Assembly (NCBI GenBank): GCA_947441055.1
Contig: CANETC010000001.1
Span: 1-50,083 of the forward strand
Direction of reading: 5' to 3'
Length of the DNA stretch: 50,083 nt
From: Cytophagaceae bacterium
Lineage (GTDB): Bacteria; Bacteroidota; Bacteroidia; Cytophagales; Flexibacteraceae
The position numbers were made by a program, and so were the translations under genes. The notes below the pieces were generated by a model. That model saw only the letters and a program-made list of their open reading frames with translations. It was not told where the DNA came from and searched no databases. How positions within the stretch are numbered: position 1 is the first letter of the stretch; every line of letters begins with the position of its first letter. Of the stretch, positions 31,826 to 41,889 are shown in pieces.

Positions 31826-32371
31826 ATGGGTCTCATCCTTCCTGTAAATGGAATTCATCCTTCCTGGGGTGAAGACTGCTTTATTGCACCCAATGCCACC
31901 ATCACGGGTGATGTGGTGATGGGCAACAATTGCAGCGTCTGGTTTAATGCCGTCATCCGGGGAGATGTACACAGCATTCGAATCGGGGATTTTACCAACA
32001 TTCAGGATGGCGCGGTTATCCACTGCACCTACAAACATGCGCCAACTGTGATCGGTTCCGGCGTGAGCATCGGGCACCAGGCCATGGTTCACGGATGCAC
32101 GATTGAAGACGATGTCCTGATCGGCATGGGCGCCACCATCCTCGACCATGCGGTGGTGCAGAAAGGCTGTCTGGTGGGCGCTGGTTCTGTGGTAACAGAA
32201 CGCTCTGTTCTGGAAGCCGGCTGGTTGTATGCCGGAATCCCTGCCAGAAAAATCAAACTTGTGGGAGAAGACCGGCAGGAACTCATGAAGAGAACGGCCA
32301 TCCGCTACCCTGAGTACGGAAAAATGTACAGCATTTCGGAAAATCCGGATGCTGAAAATGAAAACAGATAA
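31826..32371 (+). CDS. gamma carbonic anhydrase family / hexapeptide-repeat protein (YrdA/PaaY-like)
   Basis: Left-handed beta-helix repeats: ATITGDVVMGNNCSVWFNAVIRGDVHSIRIGDFTNIQDGAVIH...IGHQAMVHGCTIEDDVLIGMGA. Confidence 0.85.
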   Translation: MGLILPVNGIHPSWGEDCFIAPNATITGDVVMGNNCSVWFNAVIRGDVHSIRIGDFTNIQDGAVIHCTYKHAPTVIGSGVSIGHQAMVHGCTIEDDVLIGMGATILDHAVVQKGCLVGAGSVVTERSVLEAGWLYAGIPARKIKLVGEDRQELMKRTAIRYPEYGKMYSISENPDAENENR

Positions 32372-32402
32372 CTTACGCGCATTAAAGCGGTAAAAGATAA
32401 AA

Positions 32403-33479
32403 ATGAACCAAAACAATTATGTAGTCATTATGGCCGGGGGCATCGGCAGCCGGTTCTGGCCTTTCAGCCGCAGTGGCTTCCCTAAGCAGTTTCACGATAT
32501 ACTTGGCACGGGCAAAACCCTGATTCAGCAAACGGCTGACCGTTATGCAGATGTTTGCCCGAAAGAGAACATTTTCGTTGTGACCAACAGCAATTATGCA
32601 GATCTGGTGAAAGCACAATTGCCATGGATGCAGGATGACCAGATTTTGCTGGAACCAATGGGCAGGAACACGGCACCCTGCGTGGCCTATGCTGCATTTA
32701 AAATCCATGCGAAAAATCCGGTTGCCAATCTGGTGGTTTGTCCTGCCGATCATGTAATTCTGAAGGAAGATATTTTTGTACAGGTAATCAAAGAAGCACT
32801 GGCTTCCACCCAGGCGGAAAACAAACTTCTGACCCTTGGAATGAAGCCCACCCGGCCCGACACCGGGTATGGATATATTCAGTTTCACGAGGTTGCTGAT
32901 AAGGTGAAAAAGGTGAAAACCTTCACCGAAAAACCGGAACTGGCCATCGCAAGGACTTTTCTGGAAAGTGGAGATTTCGTTTGGAATGCAGGCATTTTTA
33001 TCTGGAATGCCAAAGCCATTCTCGCTTCTTTTGAGGAGCACCAGACGGAGTTGTATGACATTTTCAACGATGGAATGCAGCATTTCTGGAAGGACACGGA
33101 GCAGGCATTCATCAACAAATCGTATCCCCAGTGCAAAAGCATTTCTGTGGATAACGGGATTATGGAAAAAGCCTCCAATGTGTATGTAATGCTGGCTGAT
33201 TTTGGCTGGAGTGACCTCGGCACCTGGAAATCACTGTATGAATTGTCGGAGAAGGATGAAAATGGAAATGTGGTGAATGCCAATGCCATGCTCTACGACA
33301 CATACAATTCTGTAGTTCGCGTGGGTAAAGATAAATTGGTTGTTTTGGAAGGTGTTGATAATCTCATAGTAGCTGAGGCTGATGGTGTTATCATGATTTG
33401 CCACAAGGACCACGAACAAAGGGTAAAGGATTTTGTCGCCGACGCGAAACAATCACCACAGAATAAGAAGTTTATTTAA
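32403..33479 (+). CDS. manC: mannose-1-phosphate guanylyltransferase (nucleotidyltransferase family)
   Basis: VVIMAGGIGSRFWPFSRSGFPKQF carries the GGxGxRxxPxS motif. Also LEPMGRNTAP, GYGYIQ, FVWNAGIFIW. Confidence 0.8.
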   Translation: MNQNNYVVIMAGGIGSRFWPFSRSGFPKQFHDILGTGKTLIQQTADRYADVCPKENIFVVTNSNYADLVKAQLPWMQDDQILLEPMGRNTAPCVAYAAFKIHAKNPVANLVVCPADHVILKEDIFVQVIKEALASTQAENKLLTLGMKPTRPDTGYGYIQFHEVADKVKKVKTFTEKPELAIARTFLESGDFVWNAGIFIWNAKAILASFEEHQTELYDIFNDGMQHFWKDTEQAFINKSYPQCKSISVDNGIMEKASNVYVMLADFGWSDLGTWKSLYELSEKDENGNVVNANAMLYDTYNSVVRVGKDKLVVLEGVDNLIVAEADGVIMICHKDHEQRVKDFVADAKQSPQNKKFI

Positions 33480-33521
33480 TTTGGCAGACCGGAGAAGGAC
33501 TCCGGAATCCCAGGTGCAGCA

Positions 33522-34124
33522 ATGAACTTCCCCACCAGACTAGTAGAAGAAGCGGTCAACGAAATTTCGAGGCTTCCCGGAATCGGGAAGAAAACAGCCA
33601 TGCGACTGGCGCTTCACCTGCTGAAAGCAGAGGAGTCGGTGACGGTTGATCTGGCCTCCGCCCTTGTAAACCTTCGCACCAAAACGCTGTATTGCAAGCA
33701 TTGCCACCATATTTCCGAGGAGGAAGTTTGTGGAATTTGCAGCGGAAACAGGCGCGATAAATCCATTCTTTGCGTGGTGGAAGACAGCCGGGATGTGATT
33801 GCAATTGAAGAAACCACCCAGTACCAGGGCCTCTATCATGTGCTCGGCGGAATCATTTCTCCAATGGCCGGCATTGGTCCGGATGAATTAAATATTTCTT
33901 CTTTGGTGGAAAGGGCAACTTCACCTGATATTGCTGAAGTAATCATGGCCATTAGTCCAACCATGGAAGGCGACACAACTGTATTTTATCTCAGCAAAAA
34001 ACTCCGCGAATGCGGCGTTAGAATCAGCTCTATTGCCAGAGGTGTTCCACTTGGCGGTGATTTGGAATATGCTGATTCATTAACTTTGGGCCGGAGCATC
34101 ATTACAAGAACAGAATATCTTTAA
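33522..34124 (+). CDS. recR: recombination protein RecR
   Basis: HhH segment LPGIGKKTAMRLALHLL. C4 zinc finger CKHCHHISEEEVCGIC. Toprim segments LCVVEDSRDV and GLYHVLGG. Confidence 0.95.
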   Translation: MNFPTRLVEEAVNEISRLPGIGKKTAMRLALHLLKAEESVTVDLASALVNLRTKTLYCKHCHHISEEEVCGICSGNRRDKSILCVVEDSRDVIAIEETTQYQGLYHVLGGIISPMAGIGPDELNISSLVERATSPDIAEVIMAISPTMEGDTTVFYLSKKLRECGVRISSIARGVPLGGDLEYADSLTLGRSIITRTEYL

Positions 34125-34131
34125 TCACCAG

Positions 34132-34602
34132 ATGAGAATCGCTTTATTAACCATCATTGCGCCAATTCTTTTGCTTACTGCTTCATGTAAAGCCAGGTGG
34201 AGCGAGGAAGACAAACAGGCACTCAAGCAAAGGTGCATCGAACAGGATGCTGCCCGCTTTGGTTTTTCTGATCCTGAGAAACATTGCGATTGCATTGTGA
34301 AGAAAATCATCAGCAAATACCCCAACCCCAATCAGTTTGAAAACATGGAACTGGGCGAGTACGGGCAAATGGTGGCCGAATGTCAGGGAATGGACAGAAG
34401 TACCCGGGTAATCTGGCCGGAAAGTACCCAGCAGGCATTTGTGGATTCTTGTACTTCCATGGCCCGCAAGGAGGCGCGTCCGGATCCCGCGGGATATTGC
34501 AAATGCGTGCTCAATGGCATCATGACAAAATATCCAACCAACGATAGTCTGGAAAAAATGTCACCTCAGGTGCTCAAGGAAATTTCAGACAATTGCCATT
34601 AA
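34132..34602 (+). CDS. hypothetical lipoprotein
   Basis: Lipobox-like LLLTASC. Two internal repeats of the C..C(I/V) motif (HCDCIVKKIISKYPN and YCKCVLNGIMTKYPT). Confidence 0.5.
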   Translation: MRIALLTIIAPILLLTASCKARWSEEDKQALKQRCIEQDAARFGFSDPEKHCDCIVKKIISKYPNPNQFENMELGEYGQMVAECQGMDRSTRVIWPESTQQAFVDSCTSMARKEARPDPAGYCKCVLNGIMTKYPTNDSLEKMSPQVLKEISDNCH

Positions 34603-34624
34603 TCGCTTATTTACTTAGCGCATT

Positions 34625-36274
34625 ATGATCTCCAGGCTCAGTATTTCCAATTACATTCTGATTACCGAACTGGAGATTCAATTCGATTCCGGACTCAATA
34701 TCGTAACGGGAGAAACTGGTGCAGGAAAGTCCATTTTGATGGATGCCCTCGGACTACTGGCGGGTGAGCGGGCAGACCCCAAAGCACTTCGAAATCCCGA
34801 AAAAAAATGCACCATCGAGGCTTGGTTTTTAGGTTTTTCCGCAGGCTTGAAACTGTTTCTGGAATCCAATCAACTTGATTTTGAGGATGAAAACATCATC
34901 CGCAGGGAAATCCTTCCGGGTGGAAAAAGTCGGGCTTTCATCAATGACAGTCCTGTTACACTCGACATCCTGAAACAGGTTGCTTACCTGCTTTTTGATA
35001 TTCACGGTCAGCAGGATACCCGCCTGCTTGGAAGTGCTGAAATTCAATTTGAATCTCTGGACATCCTTGCCGGAACCACTGACTTGCAGCAAAAATTTGC
35101 AGAGGTTTTTCAACAGTGGAGAACCGCTGCCAAAAGTCTGGAAACGGCCCGCAACCGAAGCCGGAATGAAATTGCAGAAATTGAGTTCAAGGGATTTATC
35201 TGGAATGAACTTTCTGCCGCTGCGCTTGTAGAAGGCGAACAGGAAGAACTGGAATCCAGGCTTGAACTCCAGAAAAATGCAGGTGATATAAAATCCCGTT
35301 TGGCCCAGGCAACAGAGGCCTTGGACGGAAGTCAGGACATTGTGTCGGTGGTGAAAAACATGTCGAACATCCTGGCAAAAGTGGCTTCCTATGCACCAGC
35401 GCTGGAATCTGTTTCGCAAAGACTCAGCAGCGTGCACCTTGAATTGAAAGACATCGCTGCGGAAATTGGAAATCTGGATGCCGAACTGGAAATCGATCCG
35501 AGGCAAATGCAAGTAGATGAGGAACGATTGTCCAAGATTTATGCCCTGCAGAAAAAGCACGGACTAAACAGCATTTCAGAACTCATTGCAATGCAAAACG
35601 AGCTGGACGAATTTCTCCGGGCTTCTGTTTTAAATGAAGATGGCATTGCCTTGTTGGAAAAAGAACTGGCACGACTTCACAGCCTTGTTGAAACTTCCGC
35701 AGAACATTTACATGCCTCAAGACTGGAAAAAGTAGATGGCATTTCGGCAGAAATTCAGTCCCTTCTGACGGAAATGGCCATGCCAAACGCGCGTTTCTTG
35801 ATTGAATTGAAACCTTCCGGTCTTGGTCCTTTTGGCCTTGCGAACATTCGTTTTCTTTTTTCAGCCAATCCGGGTCTTGCCCTTGCTGATATGAAAAGTG
35901 CCGCCTCGGGTGGGGAATTCTCGAGGTTAATGCTGGCCTTCAAATGCTTGCTTGCTTCCAGGGCTGAAATGCCTTCTTTGATTTTTGATGAGATTGATAC
36001 CGGCATTTCCGGAGAAGTGGCCATGCGTGTCGGGAAACTGATAAAAGCAATGGCAACCCGGCACCAGGTTTTGGTCATAACCCATTCTGCGCAGATGGCG
36101 AGTCGGGCCGATGCCCATTTTCTGGTGGAAAAAGTTCAGACCGAAAATCAGACTAATACGCTTGTTCGCCGGCTCAATCCGGAGGAACAGATTTCTGAAA
36201 TTGCAGGAATGATTTCGGGGCACGGACCCGGAAAAGCTGCCATGGAGGCCGCCCGCGAACTTTTAAATGCTTAA
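34625..36274 (+). CDS. recN: DNA repair protein RecN
   Basis: Walker A GETGAGKS, long coiled coil, signature ASGGEFSRLMLAFK, Walker B LIFDEIDTGISG. Confidence 0.93.
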   Translation: MISRLSISNYILITELEIQFDSGLNIVTGETGAGKSILMDALGLLAGERADPKALRNPEKKCTIEAWFLGFSAGLKLFLESNQLDFEDENIIRREILPGGKSRAFINDSPVTLDILKQVAYLLFDIHGQQDTRLLGSAEIQFESLDILAGTTDLQQKFAEVFQQWRTAAKSLETARNRSRNEIAEIEFKGFIWNELSAAALVEGEQEELESRLELQKNAGDIKSRLAQATEALDGSQDIVSVVKNMSNILAKVASYAPALESVSQRLSSVHLELKDIAAEIGNLDAELEIDPRQMQVDEERLSKIYALQKKHGLNSISELIAMQNELDEFLRASVLNEDGIALLEKELARLHSLVETSAEHLHASRLEKVDGISAEIQSLLTEMAMPNARFLIELKPSGLGPFGLANIRFLFSANPGLALADMKSAASGGEFSRLMLAFKCLLASRAEMPSLIFDEIDTGISGEVAMRVGKLIKAMATRHQVLVITHSAQMASRADAHFLVEKVQTENQTNTLVRRLNPEEQISEIAGMISGHGPGKAAMEAARELLNA

Positions 36275-36277
36275 ATC

Positions 36278-36850
36278 ATGCTGGTAATTGGAAATACCCT
36301 TGTCTCTGACGATGTCATAACTGAGCGCTTTGTTTGCAACATCGAGGCCTGTAAAGCTGCATGTTGCATTGAAGGCGATGCTGGCGCTCCGCTTTTGGAG
36401 GAAGAGTCCGCAATACTGGACAGGATTTACCCGCAGGTGGCTCCGTTTTTAAACGACAAAGGCCGCGCTGCCATTGAAGCACAAGGCAAGTGGGTGGTGG
36501 ACATTGATGATGGGGAAAAATGTACGCCCCTGGTTGCTGGAAGAGAATGTGCCTACGCCCTATTTGATGAAAAAGGCGTTTTGCATTGTGGCATTGAACG
36601 GGCATGGGAAGCAGGCGCTGTTGATTTCAGAAAACCATCTTCCTGCCATCTTTATCCAATTCGCATCAAAGAGCACAAAGAGTTTACTGCAGTGAACTAC
36701 CACCGATGGCCAATATGCCAACCCGCATGTGCACTGGGAACGAAGCTTGGAGTACCGGTTTTTCGATTCCTGAAAGATGCCCTGGTAAACCGTTTCGGCG
36801 CCGAATGGTATGCAGAACTTGAAGTTCTGGCCGAACACATGAAGAAGTAG
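36278..36850 (+). CDS. DUF3109 family protein
   Basis: The N-terminal Cys pattern FVCNIEACKAACC and the conserved HCGIERAW and CHLYPIR are as I recall for DUF3109. Confidence 0.7.
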   Translation: MLVIGNTLVSDDVITERFVCNIEACKAACCIEGDAGAPLLEEESAILDRIYPQVAPFLNDKGRAAIEAQGKWVVDIDDGEKCTPLVAGRECAYALFDEKGVLHCGIERAWEAGAVDFRKPSSCHLYPIRIKEHKEFTAVNYHRWPICQPACALGTKLGVPVFRFLKDALVNRFGAEWYAELEVLAEHMKK

Positions 36851-37046
36851 GGAAAATAGATTGGCTGCTTCTTTCTTATTGCAGCGTGTCGCTTTCCAGA
36901 ATTCTTTTCAGGTTTTCTAAGCTTTTGTCCATGTCTTTAGGGAACTGTTTTTCTGCAAATGGAATAAACCCAGAAAACGCATCAGAAAATCCCTGTCTGC
37001 CACAGGCAGGTATTCCTAGCCTAACCTGCTTCAAATCAGAGGCTTC

Positions 37047-37155
37047 GCCTTGATGCAACATTCGGACTTTTCCCGCCTTGCGGAACAAAAAGAAAATAAA
37101 GAATAGCAGCAACAATGATTGTTTTCATATTGAAGCTACAAAGCCAGCATGCAAA
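37047..37155. repeat. dispersed repeat, copy 2 (partner at 30468-30632)
   Basis: See copy 1. On the minus strand it could encode a 30-aa signal-peptide-like peptide MKTIIVAAILYFLFVPQGGKSPNVASRRSL. Copy 1 has lost the ATG. Confidence 0.55.
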
Positions 37156-37561
37156 AAATGAAATAATCCATTTAAACAATTGCCCAATTTTTAGTTATAT
37201 AAAAGAATTATTCCTAATAAGGATAATCAATATCCTTGTGACAATACGCACAATAAAAATCGCCTTCCCGGAATTTGTCTTGATATTCAACAACTTTGTG
37301 AAGACCAATTAGGCAAAGCAGTTTTCTTAATGGTTTGAATAGTTTCATGATTTTGTTATCGGTTTTTCTGATTTCAAATTGTGCTATTTTTTGGGATCCT
37401 AGAATATTAATACCTGCCTCCGTTTATTTATTGTTTTGCGAAAATGTTGTCCGTGTTTGCATAAAGTATTTTGATTTTTCTCTTAAGCTCTAGTTTACAG
37501 TTATCTTGAACAAATCGAATCAATCTCTTGCTTTGTCTTCCCATAAATCTGTTCCAATAAA

Positions 37562-38041
37562 CTACCACAACATAGTGTAACTGTCGCTGGAAAATTCTGC
37601 TAACTGAGTAAGAGGTTTTAAATATTTCTTTTGTATTTCAAATGGAACAATACTGTCAACAGGCGCTTGTTGTTTGGGTGGAAAAATCGACATAATTTCA
37701 TCTTTTTCCCAATTTAAATTAGGAAAACCACCTGCATAGCAAGTTACCTGAAATGATGTCAAATGGCCTGATTTGTCATAATAAAGTGCTTGCAGTGCTT
37801 GATAATGATTTTTTATTTGTGATTTATATTTAGCAGTGTCAAGTGAGAATAAATATGAAAAATAGGCTGTGTCAAGCTGGTAATTGTCAGCAGAAGGAAT
37901 GTTATATTTTTTCGCAAATTTAAGAATTGTCTTTTCGTCAATATTCTTAATTTTTTTCATTCCGTAAAGACCAGTGAAAATTGAAGAGCAACTTGTCAGT
38001 CCGACGCTTGTCAGAATGAAAATTAAAATTCGTATGCGCAT
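37562..38041 (-). CDS. hypothetical lipoprotein
   Basis: Same frame as track ORF 37562..38134. The internal ATG at 38041 gives MRIRILIFILTSVGLTSCSS (lipobox). No family was recognised. Confidence 0.5.
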   Translation of the reverse strand: MRIRILIFILTSVGLTSCSSIFTGLYGMKKIKNIDEKTILKFAKKYNIPSADNYQLDTAYFSYLFSLDTAKYKSQIKNHYQALQALYYDKSGHLTSFQVTCYAGGFPNLNWEKDEIMSIFPPKQQAPVDSIVPFEIQKKYLKPLTQLAEFSSDSYTMLW

Positions 38042-38356
38042 TAATTTTTGATTTTGTTTTGCGGTTGAACTTTGTGTTTCTTGGTTTTGCCATCTGTGAG
38101 ATAACCGTCTCAAATGTATCAAAGTGTACAGCAAGTTCTAAATAACCGGATGATTATGAGGGTTTCAGAGGCCCTTATCGAGGATAGTTGCTCTTGGTGT
38201 TTGCTTTGCTGTCGACCTTTATGGTTTGATTTTATTTTTTGATTTCCAATTAAAAAATAAAGGCCCCTTGTGGGGAATTTGTCCCAAAAATTTCTCTTTT
38301 GAAAATTGACAATTCCGTAACAAAGTGGCAATTAACTTGCCATTAAACTATTTTTC

Positions 38357-40219
38357 ATGTTCCGGCTATTTTCATTTTTCTGTTGTCTGTTTCTCCCATT
38401 TGCAGCATTTTCCCAATCTGTGGGTGGTCCCAGTAGTCCTAATCGCATCTTATTGGATAGTATGTATGCACCGTTTTTTCATGGTGTTGCCTCGGGAGAT
38501 CCATTGCAGGACAAAATTATTTTATGGACTCGGCTCACTACCCCGCTCACAGAGGACACCGTATTTTGGGAAATAGCAAAGGATACCTTGTTTCAACAGG
38601 ATTTGCAAACCGGTACGGCTTTCACAAGTATTGAAAGAGACCATACTGTAAAAGTAGATGTGGGCGGATTACAACCAGCAACCTGGTACTATTACCGCTT
38701 CCGGAACAAAACCAGATTCAGCGTGATGGGACGAACGCGCACCGCACCTTCTGGTGTTCTAGCCAATGCACGTTTCGCGGTGCTTGCGTGCTCCAATTAT
38801 CAAGATGGGTTTTTCAATGCCTACCGAGATATTGCCAACAAAAACGATGTGGATGCCATTATCCATCTTGGTGATTACATTTATGAATATGGAATTGATG
38901 ATTTTTCGCCAGGTGTTGACACTGCAAGGCTACATGAGCCAGAAAATGAAATTCTGTCTCTTGGGGAGTACCGAATTCGACATTCTCATTACAAACTAGA
39001 TCCAGACCTGAGGGCAATTCACAGGCAGTTCCCATTTATTTGTATTTGGGACGACCATGAAACTGCAAATGATTCGTGGAAAGGAGGAGCTGGCAACCAC
39101 ACGCCTGGATCGGAAGGTGATTGGGAAATTCGGAAAAATGCAGGTAGGAAAGCGTATTTTGAATGGATGCCTGTTCGAGAAAGCAATTCCGGCAATGCTG
39201 ATACGATTCGGCGTGAACTGCATTGGGGAAATTTGGCGGATCTTATCCTTCTTGATACTAGGCTTGAAGGAAGGGAAGAACAATTGGGAACCTCGGGCCC
39301 GCAAGTAAGCGATACCAGCCGTACACTTTTGGGCCCGGCTCAAAGAGATTGGTTAAAAGCCAGGCTTAGTGCATCAACTGCGCGATGGAAACTAATTGGC
39401 AACCAAGTGATGATTTCTCCATTGCGTCTTTTTGGAAATCCTTTAAACCAGGACCAATGGGATGGATATCCAGCCGAACGAAATAAAATTTTGTCCTTCA
39501 TTTCGACTAACAATATTTCCAATACGGTTTTTCTTACTGGTGACATTCACACTTCTTGGGCCAATGATGTACCATTGGATATTGCCAATTATAATTCCAG
39601 CACTGGCCAGGGTTCAGTAGCCTCCGAATTTGTTTGTACAAGCGTTACCTCTTCCAGTTTTATTAATTTTTCAGTTCCGGTGGCATTGATCAGAACATTT
39701 AATCCGAATGTAAAATATGCCGATCTCAGTAAAAAAGGCTACCTTTTACTTGATCTGAACAACAGCCGGGTTCAGGGTGACTGGAAGTATATGAGTACAA
39801 TTCAGAACCGGAATTTCACGGTGACGACAGGTGCATCCTGGCAAACCCTTCATCAATCCAATAAACTGAGTCAGGCCACCTCTGCCCTCAATCCACGAGG
39901 AAACCTTCCTGCATTAGCACCTGAATTTCTATTTGTGCCAACCAATTCCAGGCCAAAGGTTTCAATGCCACTTGCTTTGGCCGTTCACTTTAATCCGCAA
40001 TTCAGAACTCTTAGTCTGCAGGGTTACAGACATGGTAATGAGGCTGTGTGGATTCAGGCCAGTAACCCGGACGGAAAAATTCTATTCAGTCATAAACTGG
40101 AGCCTGCTCAAACTGGACTTTGGGAAGCGGATTTCCGCTTGTCTTCCCCTTCAGGGAATTTTTTAATTGTCTCCGTTTCTAACGGGCATCAAAAGGAAAC
40201 AAGGAAAATTGCTTGGTAG
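38357..40219 (+). CDS. phoD: PhoD-like alkaline phosphatase/phosphodiesterase with signal peptide and T9SS-type C-terminal sorting domain
   Basis: Signal peptide ending AFSQS. Metallophosphatase motifs HLGDYIYEY, IWDDHE, GDIHTSWA. The last ~80 aa form a beta-sandwich-like tail ending SNGHQKETRKIAW. Confidence 0.82.
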   Translation: MFRLFSFFCCLFLPFAAFSQSVGGPSSPNRILLDSMYAPFFHGVASGDPLQDKIILWTRLTTPLTEDTVFWEIAKDTLFQQDLQTGTAFTSIERDHTVKVDVGGLQPATWYYYRFRNKTRFSVMGRTRTAPSGVLANARFAVLACSNYQDGFFNAYRDIANKNDVDAIIHLGDYIYEYGIDDFSPGVDTARLHEPENEILSLGEYRIRHSHYKLDPDLRAIHRQFPFICIWDDHETANDSWKGGAGNHTPGSEGDWEIRKNAGRKAYFEWMPVRESNSGNADTIRRELHWGNLADLILLDTRLEGREEQLGTSGPQVSDTSRTLLGPAQRDWLKARLSASTARWKLIGNQVMISPLRLFGNPLNQDQWDGYPAERNKILSFISTNNISNTVFLTGDIHTSWANDVPLDIANYNSSTGQGSVASEFVCTSVTSSSFINFSVPVALIRTFNPNVKYADLSKKGYLLLDLNNSRVQGDWKYMSTIQNRNFTVTTGASWQTLHQSNKLSQATSALNPRGNLPALAPEFLFVPTNSRPKVSMPLALAVHFNPQFRTLSLQGYRHGNEAVWIQASNPDGKILFSHKLEPAQTGLWEADFRLSSPSGNFLIVSVSNGHQKETRKIAW

Positions 40220-40463
40220 TGCCAATTGGATTGTCAAGGGGCTTGGCATTTTCCGCAACATTCAGGATTCGGTATTATTCCAGATTCAAGGGGGCAACTA
40301 TTCAAAGGTCATTGGTCTTTTTTTGTTACTAAAAATGGGGAGCCTATAGTTGTCCCGTTTTCTTTTTGCGTTCGATTTGTTTATCGGATATATATCATAA
40401 AGTTTTATTATTTTTTTACTTAGTTATGAATTGAATTATGTGTTGGTTGCTTAATTATATCTA

Positions 40464-41180
40464 ATGAGTTCCATCACCACGCTTACTTTATTTCGTTTTG
40501 ATAATTTAAGGTCTAAAATATGGGCTTTCCGGCAAATGCAACTTGCACATGCTTATATCAGCAAAACGCCTGGCTTGCAATTTTACAAACTCATGGGCAG
40601 CGGTCGCGATCGCGGTTTTAGCCCATTTCCCGACTGGGGCGTATATGCAATGTTGGGTATTTGGGATAGCGAAAATTGCGCGGATAATTTTTTTAAGGAT
40701 GCTGAAATTTTTGGGCGTTACCAGGCGTTCGCCTGCGAACAGTGGACCATTTATATGAAACCCAAACAAGCCAAGGGCCTTTGGTCGGGCATTAATCCTT
40801 TTACCCCCTCTACCGAATTAGATAAGGACAACCCACTTATTGCCGTAATTACGCGGGCTAGCGTTAAAGTGGCTAAACTGATAAAGTTTTGGGAATATGT
40901 ACCGATATCCCAGCGTCCCATTTTGAAAGGTTGTAAAGGGCTGATTTACACCAAAGGAATTGGCGAAATACCGCTGCTTGAAATGGCTACTTTCAGTTTA
41001 TGGGAAAATATTGATGCGTTGAAAAACTTTGCCTACAACAGCCCCGAGCATCAAGAGGCCATCCAAAAAACAAGAAAAATAGATTGGTACAAAGAAGAAT
41101 TATTTGTGCGTTTTCAGCCATACCGTTCAGTAGGTACTTGGGCCGGTGAAAATGTTTTGGCTCCCTATTTAAACCATTGA
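40464..41180 (+). CDS. CrtA (spheroidene monooxygenase)-like / DUF3291-like protein
   Basis: N-terminus TTLTLFRFDNLRSKIWAFRQMQLAH...FYKLMGSGRDRGFSPFPDWGVYAM matches my recollection of the CrtA-like family. The functional assignment is uncertain. Confidence 0.5.
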   Translation: MSSITTLTLFRFDNLRSKIWAFRQMQLAHAYISKTPGLQFYKLMGSGRDRGFSPFPDWGVYAMLGIWDSENCADNFFKDAEIFGRYQAFACEQWTIYMKPKQAKGLWSGINPFTPSTELDKDNPLIAVITRASVKVAKLIKFWEYVPISQRPILKGCKGLIYTKGIGEIPLLEMATFSLWENIDALKNFAYNSPEHQEAIQKTRKIDWYKEELFVRFQPYRSVGTWAGENVLAPYLNH

Positions 41181-41280
41181 TGCTTTGCTTTGTGGCTTTG
41201 CTATCACTGATTTAAATCTCTCATCAAAAATACCATTCTGTTCAAGTAGCGTCTGCAATCTGTATTTCCGTTTGGTATGT

Positions 41281-41889
41281 TTAGTGCAAGATTGTCCTGA
41301 ATGTCAGGTTAATTCTTGGTGTCTTTATTTTTTTAGTTGGTGGAAGTCTGTGTAACCAATGCGTTTGAGTTGTGTCTTTCATTATCAGTAAACTGCCGTG
41401 TTCCAAGGTCAACTCTACTTTCTGGTTCGTCTGTTTGTGTTTGAATGCAAATTTCCGTTCTGCTCCGAAACTCAAGGAGGCGATTGCTCCGTCTTTCTTC
41501 AATTCTGTTTCTCCATCACTATGCCAGGCCATTCCTTCATCCCCGTTGTGGTACAAGTTGAGCAAGCACGAATTAAAGGTTTCTCCTGTTTCTTGTTCAA
41601 TTGCCGTTTTAAGTTCCATTAATTCCTTTGTCCAGGGCAAAGCAAATTTTGTTGTATTGGAATAGGTGTATTCAAACGGCTTTTCTCCATACCAGGCCAC
41701 TTTTCGTTTCGTGATGATTTTTTTGCCAAAAATCACCAGTTCGTCATTTTGCCATTCAATGGTATTGAGCAACTTTTCAAAATAATTGTCGGCTACTTTT
41801 TGATTAAACAGTTTGCCATAATAGTTCGCTGTTCCGTCTAGTGGCAGCCAATTTTTTGTTTTGTCGGTGATTTCGTCAAATAGTTTCAT
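41281..41889 (-). CDS. alkB: alpha-ketoglutarate-dependent dioxygenase AlkB
   Basis: NLYHNGDEGMAWHSDGE carries HxD. Also HGSLLIM, HWLHRLP, RINLTFR. Confidence 0.85.
   Translation of the reverse strand: MKLFDEITDKTKNWLPLDGTANYYGKLFNQKVADNYFEKLLNTIEWQNDELVIFGKKIITKRKVAWYGEKPFEYTYSNTTKFALPWTKELMELKTAIEQETGETFNSCLLNLYHNGDEGMAWHSDGETELKKDGAIASLSFGAERKFAFKHKQTNQKVELTLEHGSLLIMKDTTQTHWLHRLPPTKKIKTPRINLTFRTILH

Noticed and set aside
31649-32416. 255-aa minus-strand ORF, plus 32382..33083 (233 aa) and 34829..35560 (243 aa), lying antisense to the gamma-CA-family gene, manC and recN
   Set aside because: They lie entirely antisense to genes with strong family signatures. Their translations are low-complexity or Arg/His/Pro-rich with no recognisable motifs. 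This is typical shadow-ORF behaviour in ~50% GC coding DNA.
37214-37348. 44-aa minus-strand ORF (MKLFKPLRKLLCLIGLHKVVEYQDKFREGDFYCAYCHKDIDYPY)
   Set aside because: It is short, has only one CxxC, and has no recognisable family or neighbouring context. It was not reported as a feature without conservation evidence.
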